Shown here: positions 28,327 to 36,659 of the stretch, piece by piece
Layout: each line of letters starts with the position of its first letter
Numbering within the stretch: position 1 is the first letter of the stretch
DNA from: Chlamydiales bacterium
GTDB taxonomy: Bacteria > Chlamydiota > Chlamydiia > Chlamydiales > JAAKFR01
DNA: 64,000 bases
Direction of reading: 5' to 3'
NCBI GenBank assembly: GCA_024233495.1
Contig: JACKPM010000001.1
Coordinates: 258,584-322,583, forward strand
Made by a program: the position numbers and the translations under genes
Notes under the pieces: model-generated
Seen by the model: the letters and a program-made list of their open reading frames with translations, nothing else
The model's database searches: none
What the model was told of the DNA's origin: nothing

Positions 28327-30414
28327 TTACCTTTTCGTAATTTCATCTTGAATCTTTTGCGGCACTCTCGCGAAGAACGCAGGCTCCATTGTAGACGTTG
28401 CACGCCCAGAACTCATAGAGCGTAATTGCGTTGTGTACCCTGACATCTCACTTAGTGGTGCCTCTGCAGAGACTTTGACCATTCCTTTTGAGGTCTCTTG
28501 TCCTAAGATCTTTCCGCGGCGACGGTTCAAGTCACCGATCACATCACCCATCGCAGCCTCTGGTGTGACAACGTCAACTTTCATGATAGGCTCAAGGATA
28601 ACGGGCTTAGCTTTTCTTGCTGCATCTTTCAGCGCCATTGATCCGCAGATCTTAAACGCCATCTCGTTCGAGTCTACCTCGTGGTAAGAACCGAAGACGA
28701 TGTGAACCTTGACATCAACAAGGTTGTAGCCAGCAAGAACTCCAGTAGAGAGCCCTTCTTCAATCCCTTTAATTGTGGCAGGGATGTATTCTTTTGGAAT
28801 CACTCCACCCACAATCTTGCTGACAACCTCGTTTCCTTTGCCAGGCTCGTTTGGCTCAATTTCGAGGCATACGTGTGCGTATTGACCACGACCACCAGAC
28901 TGCTTGACAAACTTTGTCTCAGTCTTGCTTGGCTCAGTGATTGTCTCTTTGTAAGAAACCTGAGGCTTACCTACGTTCGCTTCTACCTTAAATTCACGGA
29001 TCATACGATCGCGCAAGATGTCTAGATGAAGCTCTCCCATTCCGGAGATAATTGTTTGCCCAGTTTCCTCATTTGAAGTGACACGGAAAGTGGGGTCTTC
29101 TTCTGAAAGAGCTCCCAAAGCGTGTGCTAACTTTTCACGATCACCCTTCGATTTTGGCTCAATCGCCATCGAAATTACAGGCTCAGGGAAGTCCATCTTC
29201 TCTAGAAGAAACTCACCACCATCTTCACAAAGAGTGTCTCCTGTAGTGGTGTTTTTTAAACCGATACAAGCAGCGATATCACCTGTATAGAATTCATCAC
29301 GGTCAGTACGCTCGTTACTGTGCATCTCAAGTAGGCGAGAGACGCGCTCTTTCTTATCTTTTGTTGTGTTAATGAGAGTAGAACCCTTTTTCAACGTTCC
29401 TGCATAGACACGTACAAATGTAATGCGGCCTACATAAGGGTCAGTTGCTACTTTAAAGGCGAGTGCGGCAAGAGGAGCGCTATCATCCGGCTCTACTTCA
29501 AATGGCTCACCTGTATCGATGTTGACACCTTTTACACTGCCACGGTCAAGAGGGGAGGGCATGTAGCGCACGATTGCGTCAAGAAGCTGCTGTACTCCTT
29601 TATTTTTGAAGGCAGAGCCACAAAGAACCGGGTTGATTTTATTGTCACAAACTCCCTTGCGGATCACAGCATAGATCTCTTCAGGAGTGAGTGTATCAGG
29701 TGCTTCAAGCACCTTGTTCATGAACGCTTCATTTTCTTCGTCGATCATGGCAAACTCTTCGAGCATCTCTGCGCGCATCTGCGCGCACTTCTCTTTGAGG
29801 TCAGCAGGGATCTCTGTCTCATCCCACTTTGCACCCAAGCTTTCATCATTGAAGACAAGCGCCTTCATTGTGATAAGGTCAACCATTCCAGCGAATTCGC
29901 CCTCTGCGCCAATTGGGCACTGAACAGGCACTGCATGCGCACCAAGCTTCTCTTTCATCGAATCAACCGCTGCAAAGAAGTCAGCACCCATGCGGTCCAT
30001 CTTGTTGACGAAGCAGATACGAGGAACGCCATACTTGTTCGCTTGGCGCCACACTGTTTCGGATTGAGGCTCTACACCAGATACAGAGTCAAAGACAGCA
30101 ACAGAACCATCTAGAACCCGCAGTGAACGCTCCACCTCAACAGTGAAGTCTACGTGTCCTGGAGTGTCAATGATATTAATCTTAGACTCTAGCCAATAAA
30201 CAGTAGTTGCCGCACTGGTAATGGTGATCCCACGCTCCTGCTCCTGCTCCATCCAGTCCATCGTTGCGGCACCTTCGTGCACTTCACCGATTTTATGAGA
30301 GCGGCCTGCATAATAGAGGATCCGTTCCGTGGTTGTCGTTTTTCCTGCATCGATGTGGGCCATGATGCCGATATTTCTGACTTTATTCAGCTTGTCCTTT
30401 TCTGACCTGGGCAT
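28327..30414 (-). CDS. fusA: Elongation factor G
   Basis: 695 aa. GTPase motifs [14 protein letters not shown] and NKMD. Confidence 0.97.
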   Translation of the reverse strand: MPRSEKDKLNKVRNIGIMAHIDAGKTTTTERILYYAGRSHKIGEVHEGAATMDWMEQEQERGITITSAATTVYWLESKINIIDTPGHVDFTVEVERSLRVLDGSVAVFDSVSGVEPQSETVWRQANKYGVPRICFVNKMDRMGADFFAAVDSMKEKLGAHAVPVQCPIGAEGEFAGMVDLITMKALVFNDESLGAKWDETEIPADLKEKCAQMRAEMLEEFAMIDEENEAFMNKVLEAPDTLTPEEIYAVIRKGVCDNKINPVLCGSAFKNKGVQQLLDAIVRYMPSPLDRGSVKGVNIDTGEPFEVEPDDSAPLAALAFKVATDPYVGRITFVRVYAGTLKKGSTLINTTKDKKERVSRLLEMHSNERTDRDEFYTGDIAACIGLKNTTTGDTLCEDGGEFLLEKMDFPEPVISMAIEPKSKGDREKLAHALGALSEEDPTFRVTSNEETGQTIISGMGELHLDILRDRMIREFKVEANVGKPQVSYKETITEPSKTETKFVKQSGGRGQYAHVCLEIEPNEPGKGNEVVSKIVGGVIPKEYIPATIKGIEEGLSTGVLAGYNLVDVKVHIVFGSYHEVDSNEMAFKICGSMALKDAARKAKPVILEPIMKVDVVTPEAAMGDVIGDLNRRRGKILGQETSKGMVKVSAEAPLSEMSGYTTQLRSMSSGRATSTMEPAFFARVPQKIQDEITKR

Positions 30415-30426
30415 TCCTCTTCTCTC

Positions 30427-30900
30427 CTACCACTTGTAATGTGCAAATGCTTTGTTCGCTTCCGCCATGCGGTGTGTGTCATCTTTCTTCTTGATTGTGG
30501 AGCCTTGATTGTTGAAGCAATCGAGGAGCTCTTGAGCAAGACCATCGGCCATAGAACGACCTACTTTTGCCCGAGCGTGGGCAATAATCCAACGCATCGC
30601 CATTGATGTGCGTCTGTCAGGAGCAATTTCAATCGGCACCTGATACGTAGCACCACCGATACGGCGACTCTTTACTTCCAAAGAGGGCTTTGCATTGTCA
30701 AGCGCCTTTTCAAAAGCCTCGACAGGGTCTTCCATATTAGCTTTTTTCGCGAACTCAACAATAGCGCCATATACGATGGCTCGTGCACGCGCCTTTTTCC
30801 CGTGCATCATCACCTTATTAATAAACTTGGTGAGTACGGTACTGCCATACAGCGGGTCCGGCATTACTTTGCGCTTCTCAGCTTTCCGTCTTCTAGACAT
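30427..30900 (-). CDS. rpsG: 30S ribosomal protein S7
   Basis: Start taken at MSRRRKAEKRKV (Met31 of the ORF). 157 aa ending in ...FAHYKW. Confidence 0.93.
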   Translation of the reverse strand: MSRRRKAEKRKVMPDPLYGSTVLTKFINKVMMHGKKARARAIVYGAIVEFAKKANMEDPVEAFEKALDNAKPSLEVKSRRIGGATYQVPIEIAPDRRTSMAMRWIIAHARAKVGRSMADGLAQELLDCFNNQGSTIKKKDDTHRMAEANKAFAHYKW

Positions 30901-31019
30901 ATTCCTACCTAAATATTGTACTTTCCTTTTCACCTGTGCGAATGCACGGCCGCGAACTTCTCCCTCCCCTTTGAAGAGAGGAGTTCGCACCAGGATGAGG
31001 ATCTACCCCCATCCTAGAA

Positions 31020-31391
31020 TTACTTCGGCCTCTTAGCTCCGTATAGCGATCGGCTCTGCTTACGGTCTTTCACCGCAGCGCAGTCTAAAGCTCCTCGCAC
31101 GATGTGATAACGCACACCTGGGAGGTCTTTTACGCGACCACCACGCACAAGCACAATGCTGTGCTCCTGCAGGTTGTGTCCCTCACCACCAATATAGGCG
31201 ATCACCTCTTGGCCATTTGAGAGGCGCACCCACGCTACTTTACGCAGCGCCGAGTTCGGCTTCTTAGGAGTCTTTGTCTTCACCTGAAGACACACTCCAC
31301 GTCTGTGAGGGCACTTATTAAGAGCGGGCGACTTCTTGCGCCGGTCTTTCTTCCCTCTTTTCTTTCGAATCAACTGATTAATCGTTGGCAT
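31020..31391 (-). CDS. rpsL: 30S ribosomal protein S12
   Basis: 123 aa, [10 protein letters not shown]... [10 protein letters not shown]. Confidence 0.97.
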   Translation of the reverse strand: MPTINQLIRKKRGKKDRRKKSPALNKCPHRRGVCLQVKTKTPKKPNSALRKVAWVRLSNGQEVIAYIGGEGHNLQEHSIVLVRGGRVKDLPGVRYHIVRGALDCAAVKDRKQSRSLYGAKRPK

Positions 31392-31450
31392 GTTTCACTC
31401 CAAAAATTGAGTAGGCCAACTATAAGGCAATAGGGGCTTTTCAGACAAGA

Positions 31451-32479
31451 TTATTTCATGGCTTGGACGATTTCGCTTAGGCGCGCTGGAGGAATTTCTC
31501 CTCCAAAATTTTCTATTGCGGCGCTTCCCATCAAATTTCCAAAAAGTGCACACCTCTCCAATGATTCACCATGCAGGTAGCCATAGAGAAAGCCAGAGGC
31601 AAAAAGATCTCCCCCCCCTGTCGAATCAACAACGGTGGTAGGAATAGCAGGCTGGTGAATAAAATCTTTTCCTGATGCGACATAACATCCTTTCTCGCCG
31701 ATTTTGACAACTGCTACATGACAAAAATTACTTAGAAAGCGACAGGCGTGTTCAGGATCGAGGTGGGTGAGTGCATACGCCTCATCCACATCCATAAAAA
31801 GCACGTCGATGTAGCTATTGAGCAATCCCCAAAGGCGCTCTCGATACTTCTCTCCAATATTTTGATTGCCGATGTCATATGAGACAGTTGCGCCTTGCTC
31901 CATCGCAAGTCTAGCTGCTTTTTCAACAACCCCTCGATTGGGGATCAAATACCCCTCAATGTGCACCAAATCGACCCCTTTGAAATATTGGGGGAGAATA
32001 TCCTCTTCACACGTCTCTTTTTCAGAGTCGATGAAGGTGCAAAAGGAGCGTTCTCCATCTGGAGTGACTAGAGAGATGACGTGCGCTGTAGGGGTATTTG
32101 ACCGAGTAACGAGGGGAGTGATGCCACACTTCTCCATCTCATAAATTAAAATGTCTCCCCTACGGTCGTAGCCCACATTGCCTGTGAGCGCTGACGGAAT
32201 GCCAAGAGAGGCCAACCCTTTAATGGTATTTGCAACACTCCCACCAGTCATCAATGTCGGCTCTGCCTGAGACCGTGAGAGCGCCAGAACTTCTGAAAAA
32301 GCAGCCCAATCGAGATCTTTCCACCCCCTTTTAGGGAGATAGACTGCCTCTAAAAACCTCTCATCAACAGGTTGAATGTAGTCCCAAACATAGGAGCCTA
32401 TCCCTAAAACACGGTAGTGCGCATGGATTGAAAAATTGAGAAGGCAAAAAAGAAGAGTGATGCGTATAGTGGCTTTCAT
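31451..32479 (-). CDS. PfkB-family carbohydrate/nucleoside kinase with a signal-peptide-like N-terminus
   Basis: DSTGGGDLFASGFLYG (PfkB signature 2) and a GG dipeptide region. The only plausible ATG is Met47 of the ORF (MKATIRITLLFCLLNFSIHA). Confidence 0.7.
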   Translation of the reverse strand: MKATIRITLLFCLLNFSIHAHYRVLGIGSYVWDYIQPVDERFLEAVYLPKRGWKDLDWAAFSEVLALSRSQAEPTLMTGGSVANTIKGLASLGIPSALTGNVGYDRRGDILIYEMEKCGITPLVTRSNTPTAHVISLVTPDGERSFCTFIDSEKETCEEDILPQYFKGVDLVHIEGYLIPNRGVVEKAARLAMEQGATVSYDIGNQNIGEKYRERLWGLLNSYIDVLFMDVDEAYALTHLDPEHACRFLSNFCHVAVVKIGEKGCYVASGKDFIHQPAIPTTVVDSTGGGDLFASGFLYGYLHGESLERCALFGNLMGSAAIENFGGEIPPARLSEIVQAMK

Positions 32480-33197
32480 GCGCTTCAGTATTATCACGAT
32501 CACGTTTAATGCGGAAGAATTTTTAGAAAAAACACTTGATTCTGTCGCTGCGCAAGAGTTCTCTTCTTTTGAACATATTATTTGGGATGGGGGAAGCACA
32601 GACAATACGTTGCGCATCGCTGAAAAGTATGACGCTCAAGTGCATCAAGGGAAAGATGGCGGCATTTCTGATGCAATGAATAAAGGGGCGGCTTTGGCAA
32701 AAGGGGAAATCTTACTTCACCTGCACGCTGATGACTTTTTGCCCCACCCAAAAGTGCTTGCCTATGTCGATACAGCATTCAAGCAGCACAACCCCTCTTG
32801 GCTCTATGGGCAGGCGTATACAGTTGATCAGCAAGGAGAGGTAATGCGCGAGTCAAAGTATCGTCCCTTTTCTCACCGTAAATTGCGCCGTTACAACACA
32901 ATTACGCATCCGGCAACCTATGTAAAGCGAACTTTATTTGAAGAGATAGGAGGCTTCGACCCCACCCTCAGCTACTGCATGGACTACGACTTGTGGCTCC
33001 GCCTTGCAAAAAGGGCAACGCCTCACGTATTGCCATCTACAATCGCCTCTTTTAGGGAGCATAGTGAGTCTCTCTCCACTTCTCAACCGCGCAAGGTCGC
33101 TGATGAGGCATATAGTGTGCGCAATCGCTATGTTACCTCCCCTTGGGAGAGATATAAGTCGTATTGTACGTGGAGGAAGCGGTGTGCTAGCACGTAA
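32478..33197 (+). CDS. Glycosyltransferase family 2 (WcaE/WcaA-like)
   Basis: MRFSIITITFNAEEFLEKTLDSV...WDGGSTDNT...HADD. The start could also be at 32436 or 32460. Confidence 0.8.
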   Translation: MRFSIITITFNAEEFLEKTLDSVAAQEFSSFEHIIWDGGSTDNTLRIAEKYDAQVHQGKDGGISDAMNKGAALAKGEILLHLHADDFLPHPKVLAYVDTAFKQHNPSWLYGQAYTVDQQGEVMRESKYRPFSHRKLRRYNTITHPATYVKRTLFEEIGGFDPTLSYCMDYDLWLRLAKRATPHVLPSTIASFREHSESLSTSQPRKVADEAYSVRNRYVTSPWERYKSYCTWRKRCAST

Positions 33198-34203
33198 GCT
33201 CGCTCTTTTACTGAATGAAAAGTTGCCTGGAAAGCGGGTTTACTTTGTCTATACACATAAGAATGGGTACGACCGTTTTCATCACGGATTGCGTGCGAAT
33301 ACAGAGATCAGTTACTGGTCGTTTCATGCCCTGAAAAAGGCGTTCCCTCGGGTGACATTTCTTCGCTTTCAGGGGGAGAAAAAAGAGCGTATTGAAAAGA
33401 TTCAAAGTAGCGATGTTGTGATTGGCCACATGGGCCCTACCATGTTGGAGGCTAGCCGGCGCACAAAGAAAATTATCTCTTTTGCCCCCTTTGTTGGACA
33501 TGAAGATCATTGCATCTCAAAGGGGCCACACTGTTCCAATATGGAAGAGGAGATGGCGGCTTATGAAAGAGCTGCCGCTCTCATTTTCCTCACATCGGAA
33601 TACAATAAAAGAGAGTACATCGAGAATAACCGCAACTTTTGGTACCCCTTTTTGCAAAAGTTGAAAAAGCCTCTGCGCATCGTGCATCAACCAGTTGATC
33701 TCAAAACATTCAAGCGAATTAAAACTGATTATAAAACCTCCCACTTTCTTTACATTGGGCACTTTGGCCACATGAAGGGTGTAGAAATGAGTCGCAAACT
33801 CGTAAAAGAGGTGGGGCGGACGCTCCATATCTTTGGGAGCGAAGATCGCCGCTTTGACAACTTAGATATAGAGCAAGTGCGCGTTCTTCCACAAATGGCA
33901 GACTTTTTCATTCAACCTGGCATGTGGGAGGGGCAGTGTGTCGCCATTTTAGAGGCGGCAGCACGTGGGTTTATTCCTGTTGTTTCTCCTGAAACAGGCT
34001 ACCCATACGACCATCCCTATCTCCTGCGTTATGACGATTATGACTATAACCTTGCTACCTTGAAGAAGTTGCTTGCTACCTCTGCTGAAGAGAGGAAAGA
34101 GCTGGGCGATTTCCTCTATCAAAAGCTCACAGAAGATGAGCAGCACAACACGTGGAAAAAGCTTACAGATGTCCTTGTAGAGGAAGTCACTTCTCTCTTC
34201 TAA
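33184..34203 (+). CDS. Glycosyltransferase family 1 (GT4-like, GT-B fold)
   Basis: C-terminal GMWEGQCVAILEAAARGFIPVV (E-x7-E type region). The ORF opens at 33004 but overlaps the upstream gene. The GTG at 33184 gives a 14-nt overlap. Confidence 0.7.
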   Translation: MLARKLALLLNEKLPGKRVYFVYTHKNGYDRFHHGLRANTEISYWSFHALKKAFPRVTFLRFQGEKKERIEKIQSSDVVIGHMGPTMLEASRRTKKIISFAPFVGHEDHCISKGPHCSNMEEEMAAYERAAALIFLTSEYNKREYIENNRNFWYPFLQKLKKPLRIVHQPVDLKTFKRIKTDYKTSHFLYIGHFGHMKGVEMSRKLVKEVGRTLHIFGSEDRRFDNLDIEQVRVLPQMADFFIQPGMWEGQCVAILEAAARGFIPVVSPETGYPYDHPYLLRYDDYDYNLATLKKLLATSAEERKELGDFLYQKLTEDEQHNTWKKLTDVLVEEVTSLF

Positions 34204-35617
34204 GCCCTTCGAGGCTGCTTCCTGTAAATCCCGTTTTCTTCATGTCCTTTACAGAAGGGGATTGCTTCTTGAAAATGCGGAAGTAGGCGCGTAGGCGCCA
34301 AAAGAGGTGCATCTGACGGTAGCCAAAGTTTTCCATCAATGCGTACCAGAGCATCATCCAAAGGTGTTTAAAAGAGTTATACTTTCGAAAAAGCCACGCT
34401 TCAATCAAGCAGCATGAAACAGTGAACATCAACGTCACACCAATTGTAACAGTAAAGAAAAAGAAGATGTATTGCCACGCATTGACTCCCAAAATCACTG
34501 TGACAATCATGGTGCAGTAGCCAATCACTTCAACGATGGGAGAAAGCACTTCTGTAAGGCAAAAGTAGGGATAGGCAAACATTCCTGCCACTCCATACTT
34601 TGGGTTGAAAAACATTTTGCGGTACATCCACACAATCTGCAAGGTGCCCACTTGCCACCTTGTGCGTTGTTTGCCCAAAATCCTCCACGCCTCTGGCACC
34701 TCTGTCCAACACGCAGGTTCGGGAATGAAGCCAGTCTTGGGGTTTTGCTTATGTTCGTAGCGGTACTTCTTGTATTTCGCTACCATCTCCATATCTTCTG
34801 CAAGCGTGTTGGTTTCATATCCTCCAGCCGCTTTCACGACATGCGTCGCATACATCGCAAAGGCGCCGGAAATAATCAAAGGGCCGCCAATGTATTCATA
34901 TCCCATCCGTCCAAAGTAGAAGGCTCTCAGATACTCAACTGCCTGAATCCTTCCAAGAAAGGACTTAGGCATATCCACTTTAGTGATGCCCCAAAGTTCC
35001 ACCGTGCATCCATTTCCCACGCGCACTGAAGCGCCAAACCCTTCAATTTCGGGCTGTGTAAAGCTATATCTCAGAAGGCGGTTAAGCTCTGTCCCATCGA
35101 GGAGAGAGTCGGCATCGACGGCAAGCATGTAGTCGGTCGTTGTTGCGTTGATTCCAGCATTTACCGAGTCGGGCTTTCCTCCATTCACTTTGTCGATCAC
35201 AATCAAGTTTTCATGGATCAAACTGTGGTAATACCCTTTTACTTCAGTGGTTTTGATCTTTTGACCGTGCGATGGATGGACTCTGGTGAGTTTAAAGGCA
35301 CTCTTCATGATTTCAAGAGTGTCATCCGTTGAGCCATCATTGACGCAAATAATCTTCTTGTTGCGATAGCTCAAATTGAGAAGTGTTTGCACGCAAAAGA
35401 CGATATTGGTCATCTCATTGTAAGCGGGCACAATGATTGTAATTGAAGGCATTCCCTCTGCTGTGAGCAAAAGCTCAACGCGCTCAGACTGAATCTTTTT
35501 ATAGCGAGGAATGATTGCAATGAAGGCGCAGATCAAAATGAAGAGATAGAAGAAGTTGACGGCTAAGAAGTAGAGGATCATGTAGTTCTGAGCCTGGAGG
35601 ATATACTTTAATACCAT
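34187..35617 (-). CDS. Membrane-embedded processive GT2 polysaccharide synthase (PgaC/IcaA/NfrB-like), no PilZ domain visible
   Basis: 476 aa. N-terminal TM, IIVPAYNE, NDGSTDDT, NGGKPDSVNAG, VDADS, ISGAFAMY, AEDMEM, QRTRWQVG (Q-x-x-R-W), then about 3-4 C-terminal TM helices. Confidence 0.8.
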   Translation of the reverse strand: MVLKYILQAQNYMILYFLAVNFFYLFILICAFIAIIPRYKKIQSERVELLLTAEGMPSITIIVPAYNEMTNIVFCVQTLLNLSYRNKKIICVNDGSTDDTLEIMKSAFKLTRVHPSHGQKIKTTEVKGYYHSLIHENLIVIDKVNGGKPDSVNAGINATTTDYMLAVDADSLLDGTELNRLLRYSFTQPEIEGFGASVRVGNGCTVELWGITKVDMPKSFLGRIQAVEYLRAFYFGRMGYEYIGGPLIISGAFAMYATHVVKAAGGYETNTLAEDMEMVAKYKKYRYEHKQNPKTGFIPEPACWTEVPEAWRILGKQRTRWQVGTLQIVWMYRKMFFNPKYGVAGMFAYPYFCLTEVLSPIVEVIGYCTMIVTVILGVNAWQYIFFFFTVTIGVTLMFTVSCCLIEAWLFRKYNSFKHLWMMLWYALMENFGYRQMHLFWRLRAYFRIFKKQSPSVKDMKKTGFTGSSLEGLRREK

Positions 35618-35618
35618 G

Positions 35619-36659
35619 CTAATAACTCGTCAATACGTAGCGGGCAACCTCGTACGCATCTGGGTTAAGGTCCCAATCTTGTTGTTCTAAAATGGTTCTT
35701 CCTTTCTTACCAAAGGAAAAGATAGCTTTTGCTGCTGCCAGACGCACTTCAAACTCGGGGTCTTGCAGTAGGGGAAGGAGAGCTGAAAAAGATTCGTTGC
35801 TGCGGATTTCCCCAAGTGCTTTGAGGGCGCTCTCCCGCACACGGCTCTCTTCATCATGGAGCAAAACCACTAAATCTTCTACAGTCATAGGAGAGGCTAG
35901 GTTGCCCAAAATGCGGCAGACGAAAAGTCGAATTTCAGTGTTCGGTGAACTGAGATCTTTCCGGATAGTTGCGTGAATATTGCCATAGTATTTGTACGAA
36001 AGTACATCGAGACAGCAGAGTCGAAGCATTTCATCTTCCTTTGCCTCTTCGTACACTTTTAAGATCTCTTTTGCCTCTTCGAGAGGCATCTTGAGAAGAA
36101 CGTGTCGGTAGATAAAGCGCGCTCTGGGTGCTTCTCGCGCCATTCTCTTTAAAAGAGGGGGAATACTTGCAGCAACTTTGATCTCACCTAGAGCCTCTGC
36201 TGCAATCATTCGAACGTAGTAGCTTTTATCTTCAAGGAGTCCCTCAATATTTTTCCGGTCCTTCTCTTCCGTATGGAGTAAGAAGATGCGTGCTACGTGG
36301 TTGCGGTGAATCCATCTCCTTCTAAGGAGGTTCGCACGTGCCCATGGAAGGAGGTAAGCTTCGGTAAGATGTGTTTCTACCTTCTCCCAATTTTTATCTT
36401 GGAAGTTGGCGTGATAGTTCTCCAAGATGCGGAGCATCACATCACGAGAGATGAGTTTTTTTTTCCACTCAAAACCCTGCAACGTTTTTTGTTGTGTCAT
36501 CAATGCAAAAAGAATCTCTTTAAAGAGTTTTTCTTCCCGCCGCACTCTGCGCTGTTTGATTTCATACACAATTTTCCCCAAGATCAAAGAGACGAGCAAA
36601 AGGAGAGCGACTAAAATCTCTAGAGCCCAAATGATGTAGTATTCATGCAGGAATTTCAT
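35619..36659 (-). CDS. Membrane-anchored HEAT-repeat protein
   Basis: 346 aa. One N-terminal TM (ALEILVALLLLVSLILGKIV), then HEAT/PBS-lyase-like repeats (VRMIAAEALGEI, IRLFVCRILGNL, VRESALKALGEI, VRLAAAKAI). ATGA overlap with the upstream gene. Confidence 0.65.
   Translation of the reverse strand: MKFLHEYYIIWALEILVALLLLVSLILGKIVYEIKQRRVRREEKLFKEILFALMTQQKTLQGFEWKKKLISRDVMLRILENYHANFQDKNWEKVETHLTEAYLLPWARANLLRRRWIHRNHVARIFLLHTEEKDRKNIEGLLEDKSYYVRMIAAEALGEIKVAASIPPLLKRMAREAPRARFIYRHVLLKMPLEEAKEILKVYEEAKEDEMLRLCCLDVLSYKYYGNIHATIRKDLSSPNTEIRLFVCRILGNLASPMTVEDLVVLLHDEESRVRESALKALGEIRSNESFSALLPLLQDPEFEVRLAAAKAIFSFGKKGRTILEQQDWDLNPDAYEVARYVLTSY

Noticed and set aside
33004-33183. Using the full ORF 33004..34203 for the GT1 gene
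   Set aside because: That start would overlap the preceding GT2 gene by about 190 nt, and the extra residues show no GT features. The GTG at 33184 gives an operon-typical short overlap.
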